A stretch of 26,439 nucleotides of DNA from a virus. Its lineage: Duplodnaviria > Heunggongvirae > Uroviricota > Caudoviricetes. Made by a program: the position numbers and the translations under genes. A model generated the notes under the pieces. The model ran no database searches. It was given only the letters and a program-made list of their open reading frames with translations, and was not told the DNA's origin. The stretch lies in IMG/VR virus record IMGVR_UViG_2651869691_000005; one strand, written 5' to 3'. The number at the start of each line of letters is the position of its first letter. Position 1 is the stretch's first letter. Below are positions 1-8,427 of this stretch, piece after piece.

Positions 1-739
1 CCACTTTTTCGGCAAACATCCGGCGCGCCGCATCAATGCGCTGCTGCATGTCCTGGCGAACCTCTGCCGGTAAGGCTTCAAACTGATTGCCATCCACCTT
101 GTGCGCCCCTGAGTAAATCAGCGTGATATCCACACCGGCCTGCGCCAGATGACCGGCATAGCTGACATGGCTCATCATCACGCCAATGGAGCCGATACGG
201 GATGTCTGGGTAACCAGCCGTCGGGAGCAGGCCGACGCCAGCAGCATGGCTGCAGAACAGGCCGTGTCATTGCACAGTGCCCAGACCGGCTTCTGCTGAC
301 GGAGGCGGTAAATCATGTCAGCGCAGTCAAACGCGCCGGCGGCCTGCCCGCCCGGACTGTCAATGTCCAGCAGTATGCCCCGCACCTGGCTATCTGCCAT
401 TGCCTGCTGAAGACAGGCGACAATGCCGTCATAGCCAGTCATTCCGGAAAATGGCCGCATCCCCCCCAGCCGGTGCACCAGCGTGCCGGTCACCGGCAGT
501 ACCGCAATACCGTTCACCACCCGGTAAACACGGGCCGGTCGTTTACCTCCGGCCATGTACTCGTCCGTTTCAGCCAGCATTCCGGGAGCATCAAACTGTA
601 CCTGCTGTTGTGGTACCGAAAGACTTGATGCCCCCATCTCGCGCCCGAGCGCGCAAAAGAAAACCCGCGCATAGGCGGGCTCCAGAAGCAGCGGTTCATT
701 GAATGCTGCGGCAATAATGTGTGAAAGATTACGTCTCAC
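1..739 (-). CDS. C: Prohead protease/scaffold (lambda C-like, S49 peptidase), partial; C-terminus lies beyond the window start
   Basis: Manual minus-strand translation from GTG at 737-739 gives VRRNLSHIIAAAFNEPLLLEPAYARVFFCAL... and later ...SRIGSIGVMMSH..., matching lambda gpC as recalled. Frame stays open to position 1. Not in the ORF track, which appears to omit edge-truncated ORFs. Confidence 0.8.
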   Translation of the reverse strand, partial: MRRNLSHIIAAAFNEPLLLEPAYARVFFCALGREMGASSLSVPQQQVQFDAPGMLAETDEYMAGGKRPARVYRVVNGIAVLPVTGTLVHRLGGMRPFSGMTGYDGIVACLQQAMADSQVRGILLDIDSPGGQAAGAFDCADMIYRLRQQKPVWALCNDTACSAAMLLASACSRRLVTQTSRIGSIGVMMSHVSYAGHLAQAGVDITLIYSGAHKVDGNQFEALPAEVRQDMQQRIDAARRMFAEKV

Positions 740-2321
740 GGGGTGTTGTCTCCTCTTCCGGCCTGCGACTCTCCGCTATCTGCTGCTCATACGCCTGCGC
801 TATCCACACCGGACGTGAGAGTCCGGCTTTTTGTCGCTCAGCAGATTCCCTGACCTGCTGGCGGAAAATGTCCTGATAATCCTCGCCCATCAGCGCCAGC
901 TCTTTCTCATACGTGCTCAGTCCGGCCTCAATGCGCATCACTGATTCCTGAACCTCCTTGAGCCCGTCAATGGCCATTCTTCCGGCTCCAATCCACTCAG
1001 CCCGTGACCAGGCTGATCGCGCCTGATAAAAATCAAAACGCGCCCGTGGCGGACGAATAATCCCCCGAAGAAGTGCCTCTTCCAGCCAGCAGGAAAACAT
1101 CTGCGTGGCCAGCCGGGACGCAATAAATTTTCGTCGTCCCATAAAATAGCGCCACGACTCATTGGCGGAGGCGCGGGCACTTGAATAACTGACCTTCGAG
1201 TAATCCCGGGACAACTGTTCGTAGGAAACGCCAAGACCGGCGGCGATATACCGCAGCAGCGCCTGTTCAAGCGCCGAAAATCCATTGTCTGAATCCTGCG
1301 CGGTCTGAAGTTTCAGATCATCACCGGGGAAAAGGTGCGGAATTTTGACACCACCCAGCGTCACGCTATTCGTGTCATACCAGGTGGAGAACTTATCCAG
1401 AATATTAATAAGCGGATTATCCTTCTGCCCCTGCGGCGCACCGGCGATATATTCAAAGGCCTTTTCGGTATCAAGGTCACTTTCAATCGTCGCTGCATAC
1501 ATCGCCTTCACTATGGCCGACTGAAGCTGTGTTGCCTGCAGGGAATCGAGCATCTTCAGCCGTTCCATTACGCTGTAAAACTGATTGGCCCCACGGGTCT
1601 GCCCGTCCTCCACCGGCTCGAAAATATGCAGCATGGCCGGACGCCCGGTGGGAAGTTCACGCGGGATCCGTTCCCATCGTCCACTCCCGGAGAACGGAAA
1701 ATCATCCTCACAGATATGGTACGCAACGGCACGACCATATCGATCGACCTCCACACCGGCCCGCAGAAAACGGTTCCCCATACCGTGTCCTGGCGTGTCC
1801 ACCCGTTTCGGACTCACGGCTTTAAAACGCGTACGAAACAGTTGCGTGCTCTCCGTATCCCAGACCGGCTGCACAAAGATTTCGCCGTTAAACGCATGAA
1901 CGCCCACACCTTCACGGATAAATTCCGTAAACGTGCGTTTCCCTTCCACGTCGATCTCGCCAGACATCCCTTCGGCGTATTCCGACCAGGCCGCCTCCAC
2001 CTCATCGACAAAACTTTTTGCTGCAGTCTCCCGCATCCCCAGCCAGCGCCAGTTCGGACGGTAGCTGATCAGAAACATATGCCCGACAATATGATCCTTA
2101 TGCAGGGCCACCGCATTGGCCGCTATCCCGTTATTGCGCACCAGATCATCTGCACGGGCATTGCCCAGACGCAACGCGGGCAACAGGGCCGCATCGGCAC
2201 TCTGCGCCGGTGGCAACCACTCCGCCATTTGCCCGCCAAATCCTGCACCGCCCCCGTTGTAGCTGAGGCTCTCCCGAAGCGGAACACCGTTCACATCAAT
2301 CAGGACAGGCGTTCGTTTCAT
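729..2321 (-). CDS. B: Portal protein (lambda B-like)
   Basis: 530-aa ORF beginning MKRTPVLIDVNGVPLRESLSYNGGGAGFGGQMAEW, near-identical to the lambda gpB N-terminus as recalled. Sits between W and C as in lambda. Confidence 0.9.
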   Translation of the reverse strand: MKRTPVLIDVNGVPLRESLSYNGGGAGFGGQMAEWLPPAQSADAALLPALRLGNARADDLVRNNGIAANAVALHKDHIVGHMFLISYRPNWRWLGMRETAAKSFVDEVEAAWSEYAEGMSGEIDVEGKRTFTEFIREGVGVHAFNGEIFVQPVWDTESTQLFRTRFKAVSPKRVDTPGHGMGNRFLRAGVEVDRYGRAVAYHICEDDFPFSGSGRWERIPRELPTGRPAMLHIFEPVEDGQTRGANQFYSVMERLKMLDSLQATQLQSAIVKAMYAATIESDLDTEKAFEYIAGAPQGQKDNPLINILDKFSTWYDTNSVTLGGVKIPHLFPGDDLKLQTAQDSDNGFSALEQALLRYIAAGLGVSYEQLSRDYSKVSYSSARASANESWRYFMGRRKFIASRLATQMFSCWLEEALLRGIIRPPRARFDFYQARSAWSRAEWIGAGRMAIDGLKEVQESVMRIEAGLSTYEKELALMGEDYQDIFRQQVRESAERQKAGLSRPVWIAQAYEQQIAESRRPEEETTPRET

Positions 2322-2524
2322 AACCTCACTCCCAGCGGACGACGGCGACGTCGGGTTGTCCCCAGTACCGACTCCGCATCATTGATCGCCCGGTTAAGCT
2401 CATCCAGAGAAGCCGCCGTATATTCAATTCTGCGACCATCTTTCTGGACAGACACCACCCGTTTACCGGTTAATAAATCAAGGCGCGCCTGACGCAGCGC
2501 CTGCAGTTCAGCGACTGTAACCAT
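2318..2524 (-). CDS. W: Head-tail joining protein W
   Basis: 68-aa ORF containing TGKRVVSVQKDGRRIEYTAASL, resembling lambda gpW (68 aa). Overlaps the terminase stop and portal start as in lambda. Confidence 0.85.
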   Translation of the reverse strand: MVTVAELQALRQARLDLLTGKRVVSVQKDGRRIEYTAASLDELNRAINDAESVLGTTRRRRRPLGVRL

Positions 2525-4436
2525 TCACTCCTCCGGACAGCTTCGCTGCCAGTTCTTTCAGGGTTGGCCGGGTCGTCTCTTCTTCCCGGGATTTTGCCAG
2601 TACAGCCAGATCAAGCTGCCAGCGTTGCACGGACACACGTAATGCCGCGTAGGCATACACCAGGCAGTCCAGCGCTTCGTTACGCCGCTTTTTGTTATCC
2701 CACAGCAGACGCATCTTTCCTTTTTCCCACTTCTCCACAAGCTCTTCCGCGACCAGTTGCTGCGCCTCTGTCTGCGAAAAAATCTCCGGATCATCAGGAA
2801 AACGGATGGCATACGACGTGGCTTCATCCGCAGGAGTGGGATCGGCTTTCATACGGGCATAGAGAATTTCTTTTGCGGTGTCCGTCCCCACTTCACACAG
2901 ATACACGCCCCGCTGATTGCGGGTTTTCGGCATGGTGATCACCGGCTTGCCATAGACAGATGCGCCTTTTACCGGCAGCACCCGGAAAACACCGTGTTTT
3001 TTTGACCTCTGATAGACAATTTCACCATCGATCCCCCCGGTGTCCCAGCAGACACGGGAAATGGTCATTTCGGTTCCGTCTGCATGGCAGTATTTTTTGT
3101 TGATCGCCGCATCCACACGTAACAGCGTCTCTTCCTCATCGGGACGGCCCATAATGATGATTTTATCCACCAGAAAAGCTTCCTCTCCCGGTGCCCATCC
3201 CCAGACATACATCTCAAAACGGTTTCGCTGCGAGTCAATGCCCGCCGTCAGATAAACCACCCGGGCAGGTACCGCCGCCGTGTAATGCACGACCTTATCC
3301 ATCAGTACCTGGTGATCGAGTTTTTCGCCCACGGCTTCTTCCCAGGTCTCGCCCAGCGTGGTGTTCACAAAGGTTTTCAGGCCGTTGGGATCTTTCAGTG
3401 CATCCAGCCAGTCATAGACTATCTGTACCCAGGTGGTAAACGGACTGTACGCCGTCCAGATATGGAACGTGATGGAGCGCGGCGGCGGAATTTCATCACC
3501 CCGGGCGCTGAAAAACGTCAGACCGTCACGGGTCCACATGCCCGTGTTTTCACAGATCCACCGCCCGTTGCTCTGGTCCAGTTCAGACTGATGGATCACG
3601 CAGCCATGATGTTCACAGAGGTAGAAAACACTTTCGGGGCTGTCCTTCTCCCATTTAAGCCCAAAAGGCGTGGACTCATCGCCAAATTTCAGATACTGCG
3701 CCTCCCCACAGTGCGGGCAGGGCACATAAAAACGCATAAAATGCGCCGACTCGTTAGCGGCTTTTTCGATCTGGCAGGTGCCTTTGATTTTAGGCGTCGA
3801 GCCGCGAATGGATTTTGGCCACACCGACCCCTCAATACGCTTATCCCCCAGCAGGGTTGGCGAGCCCTCTTTTTCGACATCCGGCTCGAACGAGGAAAGT
3901 TCGTCATAGCAGACCACGTCCACGGATTTTTCACGGTAGTTTTTGGCGGCAGCGCCGCCCAGGCACCAGAAACCGACGCCCGATGAAAAGCGTTTCAGCG
4001 TGAGGGTATTATCACGATGTTTACGCCCAAACCACGGTGCAAGATCGAGTAAAACCGGCACATCCCTGATCGTGGGTTCCACATGAGATTTCATAAAATC
4101 TTCAGCAGCAGAATCCGTGGGCTGGAAAAGAAGGCTGTTGCGTGATTTATGCTCAATAAAATAAGCCTCCACTCCCAGCAACATCTTTGTATAACCAACA
4201 CGGGCAGATTTAATCAGATTAACAGTGCGGATCCGGTCATTCCCCATGCTGTTCATGATGGCAACCTGAAACGGCAGTGTTTCCCACCGCCCCGGGGTGT
4301 AAGATGACTCTTTCGGAAGGTAATAATGTCGATCTGCCCACTGAACTGTCGTCAGAGGGACAGGAATTTTTAGCGCAAGGAGGCCGGTTGCTATCGCTCC
4401 TGCAGAATTAGCCGCCCTCAGTTCGTCTGAAATCAT
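2508..4436 (-). CDS. A: Terminase large subunit (lambda A-like)
   Basis: Long ORF with [45 protein letters not shown] and [13 protein letters not shown] blocks matching lambda gpA as recalled. Start placed at ATG 4434-4436, which has the best SD (AGGTGG, 5 nt upstream) and a lambda-like Nu1/A overlap; in-frame alternatives at 4454 and 4478. Confidence 0.88.
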   Translation of the reverse strand: MISDELRAANSAGAIATGLLALKIPVPLTTVQWADRHYYLPKESSYTPGRWETLPFQVAIMNSMGNDRIRTVNLIKSARVGYTKMLLGVEAYFIEHKSRNSLLFQPTDSAAEDFMKSHVEPTIRDVPVLLDLAPWFGRKHRDNTLTLKRFSSGVGFWCLGGAAAKNYREKSVDVVCYDELSSFEPDVEKEGSPTLLGDKRIEGSVWPKSIRGSTPKIKGTCQIEKAANESAHFMRFYVPCPHCGEAQYLKFGDESTPFGLKWEKDSPESVFYLCEHHGCVIHQSELDQSNGRWICENTGMWTRDGLTFFSARGDEIPPPRSITFHIWTAYSPFTTWVQIVYDWLDALKDPNGLKTFVNTTLGETWEEAVGEKLDHQVLMDKVVHYTAAVPARVVYLTAGIDSQRNRFEMYVWGWAPGEEAFLVDKIIIMGRPDEEETLLRVDAAINKKYCHADGTEMTISRVCWDTGGIDGEIVYQRSKKHGVFRVLPVKGASVYGKPVITMPKTRNQRGVYLCEVGTDTAKEILYARMKADPTPADEATSYAIRFPDDPEIFSQTEAQQLVAEELVEKWEKGKMRLLWDNKKRRNEALDCLVYAYAALRVSVQRWQLDLAVLAKSREEETTRPTLKELAAKLSGGVNGYSR

Positions 4437-4956
4437 CAATCCACCTGCGCACATTCTCACCGGCTTCAGAAGCCACATCGGATGCTTTCGCGATTTCAGT
4501 TTTCACAGCATCAAGATGTGCGGGTGATATATCAGGGTATTTACGCTGCAGTGTCTGAGGGACACGGACAAGGCTCCCTGATATATTCTGTGCCACTCGC
4601 TGAAAGATGTAGGTAAATAACTCCGTCTCGAGGACAAGGCCTTCCTCACGAGCATTTTTCAGCTCCTGTGCATCGGCCTGTGCCTTCGTCAGTCGGTAAC
4701 GTTCGTAATCAATGGTGCCGGGCTGAAGGTCTGATTCGCTGGCAGCCCTCAAATCCTCGATCTCTTTACGGAGTTTTTCGTTTTCAATATCAGCTTCCCT
4801 CTGCGCATACCACTGAATGGCAGCAGTTGTATCAAAAACTGATTCAGTCCCTTTCCCTCCACCAGAAACTAGTGGTAACCCCTGACTCTGCCAGGCGGTG
4901 ATGGTCCTGACATCAACGCCAAAAATATCGGCCAGTTTTTTCTTATTGACGTTCAT
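4408..4956 (-). CDS. Nu1: Terminase small subunit (lambda Nu1-like)
   Basis: 182-aa [39 protein letters not shown]...[49 protein letters not shown], closely matching lambda Nu1 as recalled. Immediately downstream of cos. Confidence 0.9.
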   Translation of the reverse strand: MNVNKKKLADIFGVDVRTITAWQSQGLPLVSGGGKGTESVFDTTAAIQWYAQREADIENEKLRKEIEDLRAASESDLQPGTIDYERYRLTKAQADAQELKNAREEGLVLETELFTYIFQRVAQNISGSLVRVPQTLQRKYPDISPAHLDAVKTEIAKASDVASEAGENVRRWIDDFRRTEGG

Positions 4957-4978
4957 ACACTCCCCCGGGAACCAGAAA

Positions 4979-5085
4979 GGATCTGAAAATGGCGTTTTCT
5001 AACAAAAACAGCCTTTGTCAGATCCTTTTATATTTTTAAAATTCTATTGATAATCAAACAGTTAAAAAAAGAAGAACGGATCTGA
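4979..5085. repeat. cosB-like repeats: three copies of GGATCTGA (4979-4986 and 5078-5085 direct, 5018-5025 inverted) between Nu1 start and cosN
   Basis: Exact 8-mer seen three times with A/T-rich flanks. The position corresponds to the lambda cosB R-elements bound by the small terminase subunit; that role is inferred. Confidence 0.5.
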
Positions 5086-5124
5086 TTTTTCCCTAAAAAT
5101 TTTCATAAATAGCGAAAACCCGCG

Positions 5125-5136
5125 AGGTCGCCGCCC
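5125..5136 (-). other. cosN cohesive-end site (12-nt GGGCGGCGACCT read on the minus strand)
   Basis: Reverse complement of 5091-5170 reads ...TTTCCGGCGATCCGGCAGGCTAC|GGGGCGGCGACCTCGCGGGTTTTCGCTATTTATGAAAATTTT, almost base for base the lambda right-end/left-end cos junction as recalled. A lambda right-end-like stretch continues at 5280-5335 (cosQ region). Confidence 0.85.
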
Positions 5137-5647
5137 CGTAGCCTGCCGGATCGCCGGAAAGGACCCAATAAAATGATAATAATTATCATTTATATAAATA
5201 CCATCACACATCCCACGTACACCATAAAACCACGACAAATAATCAATTTTGTCCAAGTCATGCATTAATTGATCTGTGTCAACTTAACGTAAAGACATCT
5301 TAAGACAATACAAATCAGCAGCACTGAACACGGAAAAACACAATGTCATCAAAAAATAAAGCTTCCCAAACCAGATGATTAATCAAATCCATATTGCCCT
5401 TGAACGTAAGGGATCGGGTAATTTTTCGGCATGGGTTATTGAAGCCTGCAGGAGAAGGCTGGCAACAGATGCAAAGCACCTGCGCCCGGCCAGCATGAAA
5501 AATAACGAGAAATGAACGTTCGGTTACAGGAACCGGTAGCTACTGTCTTCTAACAATATTTCATCTTCATATCCGGCGAAACAAGACTTTACCCTGCAGG
5601 GATGTACTGAATAGCAACAGAGTGATAATTAACTTCTGATAAAATAA

Positions 5648-5974
5648 TCAGGGTGCTGAAGGACTAAAGATAAATGTTTTCTTCACGCCTTTACGCGGCT
5701 TGTCCTTCTCAAATCGCCATTTTGCCATCGCCTTTACAACCTGCTCATCAAACAGATGGTGCGGCTCTGAACGGATAAACTCAATTCGGGTGACAGTACC
5801 ATCAGCACCAATATCAAACTTCACATCAACCCGTCCCTTTATATAATTTGCCGCGGCATAGGCCGGATATTGTGGTAATGCCTTAACCAACTGTCGAGGC
5901 ATATCTGTTTTATGTTGCGTACAGCCCATAACCAAAGAAGACAACAAAATAATTAACGGAAGATTTCTTTTCAT
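5648..5974 (-). CDS. Small lipoprotein with TonB C-terminal-like domain (moron between lysis genes and cos)
   Basis: From ATG 5972-5974: MKRNLPLIILLSSLVMGC... (signal peptide with lipobox-like Cys), then YPAYAAANYIKGRVDVKFDIGADGTVTRIEFIRSEPHHLFDEQVVKAMAKWRF, which fits the TonB_C pattern. Not lambda Bor. Confidence 0.55.
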   Translation of the reverse strand: MKRNLPLIILLSSLVMGCTQHKTDMPRQLVKALPQYPAYAAANYIKGRVDVKFDIGADGTVTRIEFIRSEPHHLFDEQVVKAMAKWRFEKDKPRKGVKKTFIFSPSAP

Positions 5975-6649
5975 TTTTATTCCCGGCATAGATAAGAATA
6001 AGTCTTATTCTAACAATGCAGCCCTGTCGGTCATCAATCCTCTGCTTAATGGCAATGACAATTATCCGACTTAAATCACAAATCAGACACATGACATAAC
6101 AGAGCTTGCGAGGTAACACATCGTCCGGTTTCTTCCACCATCGCACCGGACCAGCGACCATGAGGGGACAACGCCGCGCTCCGTTAACACGGTAAACCCC
6201 GGTGTGTATCGTTTTTGATTATCCCCGCACACTCGCGCAGAGGAGTCTCCCTCTCGGGCTGTGGTCTCTGTTGATGCGGGAATACGGCGACGATACAGTG
6301 CATAGTTATGTCAGGCTAAAATGCCTTTATCAAATCTGGGTAACGCAATCTGCCATTGTTGGCTCCGGTTGTGGTGATGATGTCAAGCAAGCCCATCTTG
6401 ACTATCTCAACTAGTCGATTCATGACATATGTCACATTTATACCAACCAGATCATTGCGTTGAGTTTACAACTCAATAATTCTTGGTTGGACGTCAAGTT
6501 TTGACGGTATTCGGGTGGCAGTTGATAGCAATCTTGGAACCGTCCACCTAATAGCTGCTTGTGTGGCGTTTAAATTGTGGAGTGCTCGCAACAGAACTTT
6601 TCTTTCTTGTTTGCGAGCGATGTTTAGCAACTTTTAAGAGAGTTAAGTC

Positions 6650-6880
6650 ATGGAGTTTTTGAAAGAGCATCATTTGCCTTCAATAATTTTTGGAATTTTT
6701 TCCGCCATTTTTTGGATTATTTCATGTTTTGCATCTTCCAAAGAACACCCACCAAAAACGGAACAAGGCAGTTTCTCATCACTGGGTTGTTTTAAAGCCA
6801 TTGAAATACAAAGTAAATGGAATAAACGGGCTGCTTTTTGCGCAGCGTTAGCTGTTCTTGCTCAAGTATTTAGCTTTTAG
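6650..6880 (+). CDS. Hypothetical small membrane protein (76 aa)
   Basis: ORF with a hydrophobic segment (LPSIIFGIFSAIFWIISCFA), opposite in orientation to the late genes, followed by an intrinsic terminator. Upstream region is rich in palindromes. Confidence 0.4.
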   Translation: MEFLKEHHLPSIIFGIFSAIFWIISCFASSKEHPPKTEQGSFSSLGCFKAIEIQSKWNKRAAFCAALAVLAQVFSF

Positions 6881-6897
6881 TTTCAAAAGTGTAAATC

Positions 6898-6931
6898 AGA
6901 ACCACTCGTATAGCGGGTGGTTCTCTGTTTT
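6898..6931 (+). terminator. Rho-independent terminator downstream of the 6650-6880 gene
   Basis: AGAACCAC...GTGGTTCT stem followed by a T-rich tract (CTGTTTTATT). Confidence 0.55.
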
Positions 6932-6996
6932 ATTCGTGTTGCGACTAAAACTAACTAAAATCACGCATATGAAAGATAATGGGAAAATTATCGCTA

Positions 6997-7434
6997 TCAT
7001 CGAAGGCATTGCGTCCTAATGTACTCCTGCAAGTAGTTAACCTGCGCGGTTATCCTGTCGATTCCACTTCGGAGACGGTAATAATTGAGTTCAGCATCTG
7101 CTGTAAGTCCTGGGGTTTCTCCATTGCCCATGCCGCTGGCTCCGGTCGTTGACTTTGCACAGGTGGCGGCGACTTGCAGGCGCTTACGCCCAGCAGAAAC
7201 ATCAGCACGGAGACTTTCGATAGTCGCATTAGCATCAGCAAGCTCCTTTGTGTATCTGGCGTCAAGTTCTGCTACATCACGTTGCCGCTTCTGCATATCA
7301 GCGATGATGGATGTGGCTTTATCGCGCTGCTCTTTGTAGGCGATGGCGTTATCACGGTAATGATTAACAGCCCATGAAAGGCAGACGATGAGGCAGATGA
7401 CCAGAACGTAGATAATCGCGGTTACTCTGCTCAT
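6997..7434 (-). CDS. Rz: Spanin, inner-membrane subunit (Rz)
   Basis: [39 protein letters not shown]... closely matches the lambda Rz N-terminus as recalled. Start ATG 7432-7434 overlaps the endolysin stop. Confidence 0.85.
   Translation of the reverse strand: MSRVTAIIYVLVICLIVCLSWAVNHYRDNAIAYKEQRDKATSIIADMQKRQRDVAELDARYTKELADANATIESLRADVSAGRKRLQVAATCAKSTTGASGMGNGETPGLTADAELNYYRLRSGIDRITAQVNYLQEYIRTQCLR
7050..7235 (-). CDS. Rz1: Spanin, outer-membrane lipoprotein subunit (Rz1), embedded in Rz in the +1 frame
   Basis: Embedded ORF; from ATG 7233-7235 it reads [33 protein letters not shown]..., a lipobox followed by a proline-rich segment, the classic Rz1 arrangement. Confidence 0.75.
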   Translation of the reverse strand: MLMRLSKVSVLMFLLGVSACKSPPPVQSQRPEPAAWAMEKPQDLQQMLNSIITVSEVESTG

Positions 7435-7928
7435 TGTTGCCCCCACAAACAGACTTCACGCTCAATCTCACGGCGAGTCATCAGCCCTTTCCATTGCTTA
7501 CCGCCAGCGTATGTCCAGCGCCGTAGCTGATCACATGCGCCTTTGATATCGCCCTGGTTTATTTTGCGAAGAAGCGTCGATGTTCTGAAATTGCCAGCGC
7601 CCACGTTGTAAACGAACGAGTAAAGAGCGCCGCGCGTTGTTTCCGGTATATCGACGTTGATGTACGGGTTTATTTGTCTGGCGACCGTGGCAAGGTCTTT
7701 ATTCAGGAGGGCTTTGCATTCTGCTTCGGTATACGTTTTACCGGGCATGATGTCTTTTCCGGTGTGTCCGTGACATACAGTCCATACGCCAACGATATCT
7801 TCGTATGGTATGTAGCTGACACCTTCCAGGCCATCGTCACCACTCGGACCAGTGATGAGCACAGACGCTATGGCAACAGCCCCACCACCAATAGCAGCAG
7901 CAACAGCCTTGCGTAATGACGGCGACAT
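7431..7928 (-). CDS. R: SAR endolysin (phage 21 R21-like lysozyme)
   Basis: 165-aa [62 protein letters not shown]..., near-identical to the P21 SAR endolysin as recalled. N-terminal Gly/Ala-rich signal-anchor-release domain. Confidence 0.9.
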   Translation of the reverse strand: MSPSLRKAVAAAIGGGAVAIASVLITGPSGDDGLEGVSYIPYEDIVGVWTVCHGHTGKDIMPGKTYTEAECKALLNKDLATVARQINPYINVDIPETTRGALYSFVYNVGAGNFRTSTLLRKINQGDIKGACDQLRRWTYAGGKQWKGLMTRREIEREVCLWGQQ

Positions 7929-8134
7929 TATTCACCTCTCGCAGCCTTACGCTTATCTTCTTTAATCTTGAAATAAAGGTTTGTCAGATACGTCAGCAGG
8001 CCAAACAGCAGACTCCCCAGCACACCTATTGCCACCCACTGGGACGGAGAGACTTTGTCCAGCAGCTGCAGTAACCAGTATCCCGTCCCCACCGCTGACG
8101 TGGTGTATGACACACCTGTTGTGATTTTTTCCAT
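7928..8134 (-). CDS. S: Pinholin (phage 21 S21-like)
   Basis: 68-aa [71 protein letters not shown], matching S21 pinholin as recalled. Its stop overlaps the R start (TAATG). Confidence 0.85.
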   Translation of the reverse strand: MEKITTGVSYTTSAVGTGYWLLQLLDKVSPSQWVAIGVLGSLLFGLLTYLTNLYFKIKEDKRKAARGE

Positions 8135-8390
8135 CTGATGTATGTCTCCGTCACCGCCGACAGAAAATGAAAGTAAAGAAAAACAAAAAAGCCGCCAGTG
8201 TCACCCACTGACGGCCAACGCCGGGAGCCGTGATTATGGCATTCAGGCTCTGCTAAAAATGCCAGATAACATTCCGGCCAACCCCTGATTCAGGTTATAA
8301 ATGACACAATATCTTGACAACATCCGTCACTGTCTGTCAGAAAATGTACTGCCAAGTATAAGTATCATGTGAAGTACATCTACCCGTTTT

Positions 8391-8427
8391 AGCCAGCGTC
8401 CTTCAGAGTGGGCGCTGGCTTTTTTTA
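8391..8427 (+). terminator. Plus-strand-oriented intrinsic terminator hairpin between nanS-p and S
   Basis: AGCCAGCG...CGCTGGCT stem followed by TTTTTTT on the plus strand. On the minus (late) strand the hairpin is not followed by a U-run, so late transcription is not expected to stop here. Confidence 0.45.

Noticed and set aside
149-702. Plus-strand ORFs 149..628 and 277..702 from the track
   Set aside because: They lie antisense to the clearly coding lambda C-like protease frame; their products are low-complexity, Arg/Pro-rich text typical of antisense frames in GC-rich coding DNA.
938-2492. ORFs 938..1285(-), 1335..2492(+), 1529..1825(+), 1585..1899(+), 1568..1756(-), 1814..2011(-)
   Set aside because: All are embedded in or antisense to the portal gene, which has a strong lambda gpB match; no independent start signals.
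2558-4003. ORFs overlapping the terminase large-subunit gene (for example 2564..2938, 3285..3986, 3689..3934)
   Set aside because: Alternative or antisense frames inside a well-supported lambda A-like gene.
5062-5265. Minus-strand ORF 5062..5265 (67 aa)
   Set aside because: It spans the cosN site and the lambda-like noncoding end sequence; the product is a poly-Phe tail and other low-complexity text.
5910-6414. ORFs 5910..6161(-) and 6202..6414(+)
   Set aside because: The first overlaps the lipoprotein start region out of frame; the second starts at GTG with no SD. Neither has a recognisable domain. The region is more likely regulatory.
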